Origin: Moniliella sp. 'wahieum'
Lineage: Eukaryota
Direction of reading: 5' to 3'
Assembly (NCBI GenBank): GCA_003971905.1
Contig: RSEE01000045.1
Location: forward strand, 372,001-436,000
DNA: 64,000 nt
Under the pieces are notes generated by a model. It did no database searches. It was not told the origin of the DNA and worked only from the letters and a program-made list of their open reading frames with translations. A program made the position numbers and the translations under genes. This document shows, in pieces, positions 1-12,055 of this stretch (its first letter is position 1; every line of letters begins with the position of its first letter).

Positions 1-12
1 TGCGTTCTCCTT

Positions 13-182
13 CGCCCTAGTTTGCTCGTAAGCGTAGGGCGCAACAGGGCGTAACGCGTACCGTGTGCCGGGTTTGTTGCAAACGATCTGAAATGTTCGT
101 ACACATCAGGATCTAACCCTATTTCATTTGGGCGCAATTAACTTTTTGTGATAACCCTACCACAAATCCATGCACAACCCTA
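13..182. promoter_or_regulatory. Cluster of TAGGG/AACCCTA (telo-box, Tbf1- or Homol-E-like) motifs upstream of RPS15
   Basis: CGCCCTAG at ~14-20, TAGGGC at ~35-40, CTAACCCTA at 113-121, TAACCCTA at 152-159, CAACCCTA at 175-182. All lie within ~260 bp upstream of an r-protein gene. Confidence 0.5.
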
Positions 183-269
183 CTGCCTTCCAGCAAGCTT
201 CTGCTGTGGCGCTTGCGACACCAGACGGCCGGAGGCGCGTACGTGTGCAAGCCAGACCAACTGCCCAAT

Positions 270-922
270 ATGTGAGTACCTCTTTCCACGCTCGTTCCGG
301 GGGACGCAGGAGATCTCGCCATACGTGGGTTTGGGGATGATCCTGAGGCGTGTGCTGGTATCGCCCTTGTGATCTTATCCATCCCGGGCTTTTGTCCGTG
401 TCATGGGAGAAAAGTCGGACATGCGAGGCGTGACTGGGGCTTGAAAGATCTGGGTTGCTAACTTTGTTTGTGTAGGGACTCTTACGACGCTGCTGAGGCG
501 GCCGCCCTCAAGGCACGCCGGACCTTCAAGAAGTCCTACTACCGCGGGATTGAGCTCTCCAAGCTCCTCGATCTGAGCAACGAGGAGTTCATGGGCATTG
601 TGCACGCCCGTGCTCGTCGTCGCTTCCAGCGTGGCCTCAAGCGCAAGCCCATGGGTCTCATCAAGAAGCTGCGCAAGGCCAAGCAGGAGGCTCCCCCCAA
701 CGAACCGCCCTTGTCAAGACCCACTTGCGTAACATGATTGTCGTGCCCGAGATGATCGGCTCGGTGATTGGGATCTACACTGGCAAGGTCTTTGCCACGG
801 TCGAGATTAAGCCCGAGATGGTCGCCCACTACCTTGGCGAGTTCGCCATGACCTACCTCCCTTCGGCCCACGGTCGCCCTGGTCTCGGTGCCCAGGCTGG
901 CCGCTTCATTCCCCTCAAGTAA
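270..922 (+). CDS. RPS15: 40S ribosomal protein S15 (uS19); exon 1 270-271, intron 272-475, one apparent frameshift near 705
   Basis: Translation reads [24 protein letters not shown]...[15 protein letters not shown]...[17 protein letters not shown]...HGRPG...FIPLK*. GTGAGT donor at 272, GCTAAC branch at ~457, TAG acceptor at 475. Confidence 0.97.
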
Positions 923-1313
923 AGGGGCGGCTTCTGTCATGGATTTGGGCCATCATCCATCTCGCTGGAGTTGTGCATCTTTGGCGTCTTGTTGACGGCG
1001 CTATGCACCCTTCTCACCGCGGCTCACCTAAAAGTGTTGGTACCACACCAATATATGTACCCGCATGATGCATGACCCTCATCAGGCTCCTTCGAGTAGT
1101 TGCGTTATATCGTTGCTGTAGCAAATGATCTTGCGTCTACGCCACGACCAGATAACTTGAGATGTATACGGGAGTTAGGTTGACTATGTGCGAGTCATTT
1201 GCAGAGCAAAGGGTAAGGGCACTCTATCCTATGCAAAGACCTTCATCGTGTTTAACAAGCAGTGCATACCACATTTCGAATAGGTAGATTTAACAACGAG
1301 TAAGGCTGCAAAA

Positions 1314-1385
1314 GGGCGGATAGCTCAGGGGTAGAGCGCTTGCTTAGCATGCATGAGGTCCGGGGTTCAATTCCCTGTTCGTCCA
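1314..1385 (+). tRNA. tRNA-Ala (AGC), intronless
   Basis: Cloverleaf: acceptor GGGCGGA/TTCGTCC with G3:U70, D arm GCTC/GAGC, anticodon AGC at 1346-1348, T loop TTCAATT. Followed by a T-rich Pol III terminator. Confidence 0.97.
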
Positions 1386-1756
1386 TTCTTTTGATTCGCT
1401 GCGCGTTCTTTTTGGAAGAACGGTTTTACACCGATTCACTTGCGTGCATGTCCATCCTGTGAAATAAACTGTGCAAAGAACATGCGGCTCAGAGAGTGCT
1501 CTGTGTTTCATACGGGTCTGGACGTTTGACAACTGGGACATAACGATGGCCTTGAAGCCAACAGGGATCATGGAACCGTACGATTGACGAGAGAGAAAAG
1601 GCGCCAGTAGGATAAGGCAGGAGGTACAAGAATGGTCAAAAGGAAGCGTAGGAGCAGTCCTTTCCAAGCTGGCCATCGGGAGCCGACCTCCACATAGAAG
1701 GAGTCCCAGCCGGAGAACCGCGTCGTTGGTCAAATCTACAGAAGCAGAAAGCCAGA

Positions 1757-2999
1757 TCAAGGGGTCGCGTTCCAGATCTGTACAGTACTGTCCCACGCGG
1801 TAGTGGCCACCTTGTTGGGCGTGAATAGGGCCCAGGACGCCCATGACAAACTCCGTGTGGCCAGTGTGGATTTTGAGCAAGGGATTGCCCCCCCGAGGTG
1901 TCGCGGGTGAGGCAGGGACCCCAGGCGCCTGCAACGCAGACGCCGATTGGGGAGTAAATTTCCACCCTGGTGCTCCTGGCGGAGGGGCGGCTGCTGCGTT
2001 CCAAATGCGGGCCGTCATGTCATATCCTCCCGAGACAAGAATGTCAGCCGAGTGGGGGGACCAAGCGACTGTGCGAACAGCGTACTCGTGGCCACTAAGC
2101 ACACCGGTCGGAGCACTGGAGGCAGCTGAGTTGCGCAAATCGTACACCTTGACCATGCGATCGGTAGCACCTGTGGCAATCGTCATAGGCCGGTACTTGT
2201 TCCAATCAAGCGATAAGACTTCACCCCCGACATGCAGTTGAGCTGCTGGTCGTGCCGGGGGTGCGCCAAGCCCACCCCCCGTACGCGTGTCAAACAAGCG
2301 CACGTACCCATCCCCGCACGCCGAGGCAAATACGGTAGGGGTATGAGGGGACCACTTGGCTGCGTACACACACCCTCCATGGGCGGTGAACGAGGCAACC
2401 GAGTTAGGCTGCTCGGGATGCCAGACGCGCACGCTGGCGTCCCACGAGGAAGTGAGGAAGAGCTGCTTGTTGAGATTGTTCCAATCCATGCCAAATACTT
2501 CTCTGGAATGCTCACGCCATGCGCGAACAGGGTGGTCCCGCAGGTTAATATCCCATAGGTGTACCCTTCCATCGCCTGCAGCCGTAGCGACCTGGTTCTC
2601 ATGGGCTTCGCTCCAGGCAACAGCATACAGACCATCCTGGGTGTCAAACGCATTCTCAATCCTTGCTCCTGCCGCAACAGACGGCGTCGCACCAGGAGGC
2701 GTGGGCGCTACACCAACGATGTGTAGCCGCCCATTGCCCACCAGACCATAGTTGGCAGCCCCGGCAGTGGCGAGACGGCCTTCAAAGAAGGGACTCCAGG
2801 CAACTGCATACCCAGCAAATCCAGGAGTGGGGAGGACGGTGCCAGGGGGAACAGGTGCTCTGCGCGGAGCAGCAGGTGGTGGCTTGAGGGAAGCAGCTGT
2901 ACCCCCGGGGGGCGGAGGGCCGGGAGGAATGGCGGAGGCCACTGGGTTAACCCCTGGTGGTCCACCGACCGGGCGTGCGGGAGGAGGGGGGCGGGACAT
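1757..2999 (-). CDS. PEX7: Peroxisomal targeting signal 2 receptor (WD40), frameshift near 1835
   Basis: Motifs PGFAGYAVAWSPFFEGRLATAGAANYGLVGNGRLHI, FDTQDGLYAVAWSEAHENQ and GHEYAVRTVAWSPH. The C-terminus WALFTPNKVATTAWDSTVQIWNATP* is in a shifted frame. Confidence 0.95.
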
Positions 3000-3396
3000 G
3001 GTGTACGGCACTTGCGATGAGTGGCGTCGGATGCGGAGATAGAGGCAGGAAAGTGTGAGGCTCCGATACCTGGCGGCAGTAGCGAGATGGGCGGGGACGA
3101 GGATGGCAGAGCAGAGGAAGGCGCTGGAGGTGTTGGCTTCGCCTTCAACGCCCGATTCTCCCCCACCACCGGCTTGCAGGCGGGGCTAGCCGGATTTGTT
3201 CCATCAGAGACTGGCCTGGTGGCACCGCTGGGATTAATGACGTTGTGCTCGCCTGAGAAAATTTGATTTGTTCAACTCGCGATGCCTTCTTCTAAGCCCA
3301 CAATCCGTCCGCACCGACTCGTCAGCCTCACCAGTCTCGCCCTCAGCCGGAGCTGCAGGGCAGCGTTCTGAACCCTCAGCATCTTCCGCACCGTCG

Positions 3397-3472
3397 CAGC
3401 AGCAGCAGCAGCAGCAGCAGCATCACCACCAGCGCCATCATCAGCATCACCACCAGCGTCATCAGCGTCATC
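3397..3472 (+). repeat. (CAG)n microsatellite followed by CAT/CAC/CAG degenerate triplets
   Basis: About 8 perfect CAG units, then CATCACCACCAGCG-type repeats, between the PEX7 start and the syntaxin stop. Confidence 0.85.
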
Positions 3473-3722
3473 TACACACTACACCTTGCGCAGGGCCAAC
3501 ATGCTCCTAGTAGAACCCCTTTCACACTAAGGCGATTGTCCACCGGGAAAAGGGCGAGAAGAGACGTATGGCATCATCACAAGAGGCTAAACTGGTTATT
3601 GTGCTACACCATGAAAGTCGAGCAGGTATATGAACGCAAGTAGAGGGAGAATACAGCAATGCGAATGGTGCCATCCCCTCCAACGGGACCGGAGGTACTT
3701 GGAGGGGCAAGTGGTAACGCCA

Positions 3723-4991
3723 TTATATGCCCGTACCCCCGAAGGATCGGGCGACTTGAGTACGGGCGTAGTCCTGCTCCAGCGCCGCCCAGCGCTTGGC
3801 AAATCCAGTCGCAAAGTGTGGCTCCTCCCGAGCAACAACACCAACCCCCATGTCAAAGGTAGAAAGGGAGAGGGAGCGGCGTTGGTTCTTGTTGTCATTG
3901 TTGTCGTTGCTATGGCTCTTGCACATTCCATTTCCGCAGATGGCCCCAATGACAGCAATGATGATGATGATGATCAGAACCACGCAGATGCTAAAGAGGT
4001 GTCAGTTTCTTCAAACGGAGCACAGCTGAGGACAGTATACACACATGAAGCAGATCTTGCGCTTTTTCCGGGCGCCGCGAGCTGAAGTGACTGCTTTCGT
4101 TGTATGGTCATGCCCAGTCTCCATATTCTGATATGTGTTTTGGGCGTTGGCGGTGATCATGTCCACCTGCTCATCCTGCTCCGACAGCAGCACGTCCACA
4201 TCATTAAACAGCTGCGCCAGCTCAGCCATTGTCTCTTCGATCTTGCGAATCTCGGCATGACGATCTTGGACTTGTCGCAAAGCATTGGTCGCTTCGCCAT
4301 GGCGATTGCTGCTCATAAGTGCCTGGGTAAAGACGCCCCCACTGCCCTCGAGAGCAGCCTCCACCTCTTCCTGGCTAGCGTCGGGCTTGATTACACGGAA
4401 CTGGCGCTCAGCCCGGGCACGCAGCTTGCCGCGATACGAGGACTCCAGCTCCGTGTAACGCTGCACATGGCTCTTAAACTTGGTCCGCAATGCCGCTACT
4501 TGGCTCTCTTGAGTTTGGCGATCGCGCCCGCCCGGGAGGCGGTTAGCTTTGGTGGCCAGCACCTGGATCTTACTCTTGGTCGCGCTCGAGAGTTGTCGCG
4601 CAGTGGACGAGGCAGCGTCAACATCCTGCTGCGCCATGCGCTGGGAGTCGTCATCCAAGTTGGACAGGCTGGCGTCTTGGGCGCGTTGCACGCGCGCAAT
4701 CGCATCGTCCATGGCGGACAAGGCATTCTGCACCTCGGTCACTTCATCCCAGAACGATCGGGTCGGGTCTGGCTTAATAGACGTGAGCTCATATGTACTT
4801 TCCCCAGGGGCTGAGAGGGAAATGCGCGACTCGTACTTGGACTCATCGGCAGGGGCATAGCCATATCCACCATAGCCGTACGAAGAGGAGTCCTCGTGGT
4901 AGCCGTCGCCAGAAACGGGGTGGTAGTCCGACTGGGTGTAGCCCACGCCGCTGGGGCCGTTGCGGATGCCGGCAAGGCGGTCGCGTGCCAT
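3723..4991 (-). CDS. SSO1: Plasma-membrane t-SNARE syntaxin (Sso1/Sso2 type); intron 3991-4044
   Basis: N-peptide MARDRLA, Habc region, SNARE motif VQDRHAEIRKIEETMAELAQLFNDV...AVTSARGARKKRKICF. Splicing (GTGTGT...CTGAC...TTTAG) restores the TM segment IICVVLIIIIIIAVIGAICG. Confidence 0.93.
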
Positions 4992-5996
4992 GGTCGATGG
5001 TGGTGGTGGTGCACGCCAAAACCCACACGCTGATTGAGATGGTGGTGGTGGCGAGCAGGCGGCTGCGCCGCGCCTGCGCTCCCAGCCAGCCTGTCAGCGC
5101 TCCACCGCAGCTGCAGCGCCACGCCCGCCCACGCCCCGGCTGGAGCGAACCACGTCGGACACTGGCCGCGTGCCGTCGTAGGGGAGGGTGCTCCGCACCG
5201 CGGCATTATCCACCCGCAGCAGGGGGGCAGTGTATGTGGCAGTCATGTTGTTGGCTCAGGCGCTCAGGCGCCCAGGACCCGCGCTCGGCCATTGCTCCGC
5301 CTCACTAGTCACTCCCATCAATCACACCGCGACCAGCGCAGCCCGGGCGTACTCCTGCCGCTCACGCACTCCGGGCGCTCATGTGGCGACGCTGGCGTCT
5401 GTCGCCACACTCACTAGCGGATGTTGTATTCGCGCACATGTCTACCACACTTGTTTGTATCTACTCGCGACACCTCATGCATCAGGCTAGAAGGGGCTCT
5501 AGTATTGGAAAGAGTAGGCAGACGATGAAGACACCTACCCCTTGCCCAAGATGCTGTACCGTCATACCTACCATTAGAACGGACACACAGACGAAGTGTA
5601 CAAGTTACAAGCCAGGGGCAAATGAAACCAGTGACTTGCTCGGCACTACATACTAGTATTAGTGAGAATTCATCCTTTCGTCGTTACTCTTCCCTCCTCC
5701 CGGCGATGCATGTCCCCAGTGAATACTTTGACAAAGGATAGGGAAAATATAGCGTATGAAAACATCGCCCGTTCAGCAACGTTTAGCGAGGATGTATGGT
5801 GAAGCTGAACGCTGCACACCAGTGGACACTGAACATTCAACTGAATATCAAGGCCACCACCATCATCTACCTTGACAAGAGCACGCAATGATGCAGGTAG
5901 CAAATGAGCGTCATAAAACGAGAGGGCCTTGGGAAAGGGGTTCCTACCCATGATGCTTCTCACACCCAAAGACAGAGGAGAGATATTGATACCATG

Positions 5997-8566
5997 CTAC
6001 TGGTCTGAGGGTGGTGCTTTGCGTTTACCCAGGGCGATTTTCAACCCGCCTCCCACCGCATCCCCAGAAGATGGAGGGACAGCGGGGGAAGGGAGGGACG
6101 CACTGGAGTGAAGCCTGGCTTGAATGCCGCCGCGGAACCATACTTGCAGTCCCATCCGACGAAGCTGACAGGGGAACGGGGCACGGCAGATGCTTGGTTG
6201 CGTCGCTTTCCCCGTCCCGAGCTCTCCTCACCTAGAACAGGAAGCACATCAGCCGCAGGTTGGAAGACGCCTTGTCCTTGTTCTTGCCTTTGGCCAGGGA
6301 TGGCCCCTCCGCCGGGGTAACAACCGAAGTAGTGCCTTCGGGGCGACGGGCCGCCTCGGAGGAAGCCAACGCACTAGCCCCCAAATCCCAATCCTGTGGA
6401 GCATTCCCCCTACCCACGACACGACGAACCATGTGCGCCTGTCCAGTACGCTGCGCTCGCATGTTAAAGCGGTGGCCAGGCCCGAGGGGGTATCACCTGC
6501 AGCCATGCGCTGTTGTCGGAGCTGAAGCTCGCGCTTGCGCATGGCGCGCTCTTGCGCCTTGAACCCTGGGTTGGTTCCATGGAATTTGTGCGACAACTCC
6601 TTCCATGCCTCTTGGCGTTCAACTCGCGACCGAAGGAATCGTGGTACTTGAGCTCAACATTGGGGTTGTAGTCGGCGAAACGCTGCATGGCCATTTGGCC
6701 CATAAGCGCCTCACGTTCCCGATTTTCCCGCTCACGGGTGGCCTGGGTCTTGCGATCACCGAGCATTTTACTCCTCTGCCGCTCCCTCCTCCTCCCGCGC
6801 TTCCATTTTACGTTGGGTCAACCAGACATCTTGTTGCCGCTGAATTTTCTCCTTCTCCAACTGCTCCGGTGTCATGGTGTCGAGCGCGTTCGAGTTTCGC
6901 AACAAGGAAAGCGTTGCAGCCAACCCACGACTTACCAGGGGCTCCTCCTTCGTCTCCGGATCCTCGGCTTCTGTTAGTTCGGCTGCGTCAGCAGCATGTG
7001 CTTGGGAAACAGCCTCCTCAGCCCCCGCTGGGCATTGAGCTCCCTCTCGACCTCGGCCATATCGACGTCTGGCTCATCTTCCTCGGGGATGGTATCGACA
7101 CTACGCAGGCCAGAGGCGCTCTCCTCCGTCTTGATTCGCTCTAACCGACGACGACGCGCGTCGGCCTCAACTTGGTCCTGCTGAGCTTCCTCTTGGCGAG
7201 ATCGAAGATGACGAACAAATTCCGAGGTGGCATCGAATGTCACTTGTCCCCCTTGGTCTTCTTGTTTGACCTCTACACCCCCGAGATCATCAGGAACAAC
7301 CGACTGGATGCCCCCGGCCAACTGCGCAGCCTCCTCCTCGGCTTTCTTTTGCGCTGCCAAGTTTTTGGCGATCATCTCGGGCGTCGTCTTGGTGATAACC
7401 TTCTTGGCCTTATGACGTCGAGAGCGGGCTAAGGCTACAGACAATTCGTCGTCGTCAACAAAGTTGTCATCTTGTCCGCCGGAAGCACGGGACCGAGCGG
7501 GAAGAACTGCAATGTCCAAATCCATGGCTTCGCCTTGTGGTTCCGACCCAGCTGGGTCATCCAACTCGTCCAAGCGGACTTTGGTCGCCTTGCGCTTCTT
7601 CTTCGGCTTTTTAATCTTGAACCCGGGCTCGCCGGGCTGCAGGTAATCCGACGCCAACTGAGTCTTGTCGTAGCTCAAGTCCACCAGAATTTTGTTGCGC
7701 GCGGCCGCGGCCTGCTCGTGCTGTTTCCTCCGCTCTTCCGCCCGGTCAATCGCAGGGGTGGATCCGAGACAAAGCCCTTGGGTTCCTCCGTCTCCACCAG
7801 CATGCCATCGCGGTCCAAATCGCCATCGTACTTGCTGAGGACACCCGACTTGCGTGACTGAGAAACAGGCGCAGGAAGCGCATCGTTCTCAAACTCATCG
7901 TCATCGAGACCCGTATACTTTTGCGCCCCCTTGGCCCGTTCCAAACGGATCTTGTCCCGTTCATTTGAGCCAGTGAACTTTCTACCAACTCATCGTCCCC
8001 ATCGTCCAACACATTCGAGTCTTTCAGAGTCAATGTCACCTCTTGTCCTTCGCCACCCAGGCGGGACCGCAGGTCCTCCAGATCATGAGCGACTCGCATG
8101 CCCAACACATCCTTCTCCCCATAGGTGCGTTGCAAGGCGCGCACCGCCTCGGCCTCAGCTTCTTCCCGTTCTTTGGCTAAGCGTTCAGCATTGATCTTGG
8201 CTCGCTTGCGTTGCTGTTTGAGCCACTTTTTCGCCGACGCCTCTTCCGTCTCGGGCGCTGCGGGAGGGGCTGCCCCAGCGCCCGTGTCATCATCCCCAAG
8301 GGTGGGACCGGCGAGGCGCTTGCCCAGCTCCCGGCGGTCACGCAGTTTCTGTAACCGGGTGCGAGTGTCTTGTTCTTGCCGATTCCTCCTGTCCTCCTCA
8401 CGTTTCCGGCGGTAGTTGTTTCGGCCTCGGCGTCTTTGTTTGGTGGCGGCTGCGAGCCGTCGTCGGCGGGGGGTGCAGGCTTGGATTTGGCCCGGTCATC
8501 CACAAGAGGCTTGAGACCGAGCTGAATGCGCAGCTTGTTGGTTTCTTCTAATGATATGGACTCCAT
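5997..8566 (-). CDS. SNU66: U4/U6.U5 tri-snRNP protein Snu66/SART1, multiple frameshifts
   Basis: N-terminal HIND motif MESISLEETNKLRIQLGLKPL, plus LTLKDSNVLDDGDDEL, QLASDYL, NFVDDDEL and YNPNVELKYHDSFGRELNAK...LSHKFHG. Confidence 0.92.
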
Positions 8567-9890
8567 GTTGACAGTGAGCCGTAGTGCTACCCCCCTGGTG
8601 GTGGCGGTTGGTGGTTGGTGATCCTGATTTTTGGATGTGCTTTGGGCGACGCGGTCGAGGTGGCTGGACCAGAGCCCAGTCACTTATTACATGAGCGGAA
8701 GTGGGCGCTCGTTCCGCCCTGCGTTTGTCCCGGACACCACATCACATGTGCCTGCCATCACACTGCGCGTGCTGCGGTCGGTGCAAAGGCGGAATCATCG
8801 CAGCGCCAATTTGCAATGTGCTCAAGCTGGAGGCGGAATGGGGATGCATGGCATGGTGGATGGTTTGCGTGCGGTGACATGTGTGATGTCCCCCACCGCT
8901 GCTCTCTCATTGTGGTCTGCCCGCTGCATGGCGGAGCTGTCCAGCCAGTCCGTCTGGCGCACGCACAGACCCTTCGTTCCCCCATCCACTGCTTCGCTCA
9001 TTAACATTGCGTCGGCCATCCCTTTCCCTCTACGATGGTCCTGCACTCTCCTCCCGCCGGCGGCTCCACCCTGCCATGGGACAAGCAGGTGCCTCAAAGC
9101 ATCTCCCGCAGCTGTGGCCACAGTGACCATTCAGGGGAACCAAGCCGGCAGAGCTCGAGGGGAAGCGGACTACCAGCCCGATCCCACGAGGCGTGTGCAT
9201 GCGCATGAACTACGCCCCAGCCGTTCTGATCTACCATCCGTGTCCAGTGGGCCTATGAGCGCACCTAGTGTTCGATGGCAGGCATGATGCATGACATGCG
9301 TGGCAAGTGTGGCAGGGAGACCAATGGCTAGTAAGGGTACAAGCTGAGAGGATGGAGAGAAGGGCATGGCGCAAGCAAAGGAAAGCAAACATGCGCTAGA
9401 CCACGGGTTTGGCGGTGCAAGATGCGGTGGGATAAGGCCTCAGGGCAGTGCGTACTTCCCCCACCGCCACCGCCACAATGGCGGTGGGAAAGGACGACGA
9501 GGCCGAGCAGATTCCCGCGGACGACAGCGAGGGCGCGGGACAACACAAGGGTTGAGGTTGAGACAGAGTGAATGAAAAGAATGGGTGAATGAGTTCAACT
9601 TGAACACCCAGCCTACCCTGCCTCCCTCCACCCAGAAAAGCAAGACTGGGTAGCGGCAGGCAGACAACGCATTCCCCGCCATAGGATCATGGTGGCCACC
9701 CTCTTTGACCCCATGAAAGAAACGGGGATAAATATAATGCACTGTAGACAGGATGTTGCGCTGGAAGGATGAAGAGCAAGGTAGGGGGGGAGGGAATATC
9801 GCATCGGCACTGGTAGATATAGCTCGGCCAGACCGATATACAAAAGGGGAGGAAAGGACAGGCAAGGCAATCGACTCATCCACCACGGCA

Positions 9891-10466
9891 TCAAGTGCGC
9901 CCAATCGCATCGACACCAGCAGCTGTTATGCGACACCCTGGGCGGATCGGTGCGGGGAAATATGGCTTGCCTGCCCATTCGGACCAATTCCTGGCTGCTC
10001 CCATGGGGTGTTTGGCCCGGACTGGCATCCAAGAGCGAGGGATACGGCTCGGTGCCAGTCTTGGAGAGTGGATTGGTGCGAATCGAGCGGAGCAGGTGGA
10101 GGGGGAGGCCAATGCAGAGGCGGGGAGGTCAGTCCCATAGACGAGGCGGGCTCGGATTCCGAGTGCGGGTTTGGCGCCCGGCAAATATGTTGCCCAAGAT
10201 GTGGCACGGCTTGGTCCGGGATGGCTCGTCGGCACGCCCGCTTCCAGGTCGGGCTCGGGAGCGCTTCGTTTCGCAGGCCAAGAGAAGGAGACTGACTGGA
10301 AAAGCTTACTCGACCGTATCTTCTTGCGCTCGGCGGCAGCCATCATGTCAAGGTAATCATCGCCTAACGCGTCGTGCAGAACCTCCTCTCGGACCGCCTG
10401 CACATCCTCAATCGTTGGCAGTGCCATCACGTTCGGCGGTTTGAGGGGCGGGGGGCGGCGTCGCAT
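9891..10466 (-). CDS. Hypothetical protein, possibly a frameshifted continuation of the KNR4 gene
   Basis: 191-codon ATG ORF with a protein-like N-half (ALPTIEDVQAVREEVLHDALGDDYLDMMAAAERKKIRSS), starting ~70 bp after the KNR4 stop. No family recognised. Confidence 0.4.
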   Translation of the reverse strand: MRRRPPPLKPPNVMALPTIEDVQAVREEVLHDALGDDYLDMMAAAERKKIRSSKLFQSVSFSWPAKRSAPEPDLEAGVPTSHPGPSRATSWATYLPGAKPALGIRARLVYGTDLPASALASPSTCSARFAPIHSPRLAPSRIPRSWMPVRAKHPMGAARNWSEWAGKPYFPAPIRPGCRITAAGVDAIGRT

Positions 10467-10535
10467 GGCGGGTGTGGCAGTACCGGATCGGTCGAGAAAG
10501 AGGATGAGATAGAGATACCCCCAACCATGCCCGCT

Positions 10536-12055
10536 TCACTCCGAGGGAAAGGGTGGGTGATCTGGCGTTGCGGCGTTGGCGTTGGCGTTGGCGTTGGCGG
10601 TGGCGTCGGCGTCGGCGTTGGCGTTGGCATCAGTGTCGGCTAGGTCGGTTGCGGCACCAGAGGAAGTTGAAGCGGTGGGAGGAAAAGGGTCCCGCAAGCC
10701 ATAGAGTGGGTCTACGAGGACGTGTTCGCGATGATCGCCAATGTCCTCGCTTGCTGGATGAGTAAACTCGTCGTCGCGGTCTTCTCCTGGATCATTCGTA
10801 GCGCCTTCAGCTGACGCCAAGCGAGCTCGGCTACCGAAAGGCCGCGGAAGTACACCCCTCTTGTTCCCAATGGCGGGCACTTTCTTCTGCCAAGGCCTCA
10901 AGCACGCTGACCCTTGTAAGGCTTGCGAAGCCGGAACCCGTACCCACCTAAATGGGCACTGGCCAAGCCGCCGCAACAACATTGGAGCCAGTGGTGCCTC
11001 CAAAGTGTCCTCGTACCCAATGTAGTCTTCCTCGTCGCTGTTCTCGCTTGGCTCCTCGGAAAGAGAGAAGAACTCGCCGCGTCAACGTGTCGGCGAGGTA
11101 GGCGAGAAAGTGGGCCCAACCACCTTTCCCACTGCCGGGTGGAGGACAACCTTGGTGTCAAAATCACGACCAAAAAAACAATCACTTGCCCCACTCTCCG
11201 TGGCCTTGGGAAGAGTGGGAGGGCGAAGGGTACGGAACGGGAGAGGCGCTGGGGACGGGGCTCGAACCGCACTCAAAGACGAATGGCCCGTAAGACCTTC
11301 GTGTGAGGTGCCAAGCCCGCGTAGAGGTGAGGCGGGGAGGAAGATGCGATTGCCTGAGACGAAGGGCGGACGTCGACAATGGATGTGCTGGCCATAGCAC
11401 CCACCAAGCTGTTCCCATTCCGTCTGTCGGGGCTCATACTAGGTGGACTGAGATCGACGCCAATGTAGTTGCCCATTCGGTCGGTCACAAGGGGGATCCA
11501 GCCGGGATTGCTGTACTGGGACGCGACCCAGCCGTCAGGACAAGACGCCATGTTGGCCTTGACCGGGGTCCCGAAGGCCCCACGGAGTCCGGAGAGTGAG
11601 GCCATGGCCTCCTCGATGGAGAGCATGGGCAAGCCCAGGACGAGCAGCACGGGAACGGGCCAGGGCGGCATCGGAGGAGAGCGACTCGTGTCCTGGCCAT
11701 TGACCAGCGCAAAGCTCTCCCGCACGGCAGCGGGCAAGTGGCGACCCAGGCGGCGCTCGAACTCCTGCACGGCCTCGGGGGCGGGGCAGCGGGCAGGTTG
11801 AGTGTGTCGGCGACCTGGGGAACTGGCGCCGGCACCAGGTGGGATGCGGGCCAGGGGCGCAGAACGGGGGTAGGCGGCATCCTGGCCGGGGGGGAGACGC
11901 GGAGCGGGGGGGGGGGTCGGGGACGGAGGAGGCGGGGGCGGTGAAGGCAGGCGCCACGAGGGTCGACGCCGACGCCCCAGTCGGTGGGGGTGCGCTCGGA
12001 GGGGGGGGGGCAGGGCGGCGCGGAAGAAGGCGGCGACGGCGGGCAGGAAGGGCAT
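10536..12055 (-). CDS. SMI1: Cell wall assembly regulator Knr4/Smi1, frameshifted
   Basis: EFERRLGRHLPAAVRESFALVNGQD, LGLPMLSIEEA, MASCPDGWVASQYSNPGWIPLVTDRMGNYIGVDLSPP and GQVIV(F)GRDFDTKVVL match the Smi1/Knr4 domain. Confidence 0.9.
10564..10628 (+). repeat. (GGCGTT)n hexamer repeat encoding Ala-Asn/Ala-Asp in the KNR4 C-terminus
   Basis: About 10 near-perfect GGCGTT/GGCGTC units. Confidence 0.85.

Noticed and set aside
695..730. Programmed ribosomal frameshifting in RPS15 or other genes
   Set aside because: Shifts occur in nearly every gene, in both directions and without slippery-site or structure signatures. Sequencing error is the simpler explanation.
1344..1756. C-terminal extension of the 555-aa PEX7 ORF running into tRNA-Ala
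   Set aside because: It arises from a frameshift near 1835. The conserved last WD repeat ends at the stop at 1757 in another frame.
3268..3510. PolyQ/polyH ORF
   Set aside because: It has a non-ATG start and is held open by the CAG microsatellite, with no other coding signal.
8615..9640. Several plus-strand ORFs between SNU66 and the 9891-10466 ORF
   Set aside because: No recognisable domain or consistent frame. A frameshifted orphan gene cannot be excluded but is not supportable.
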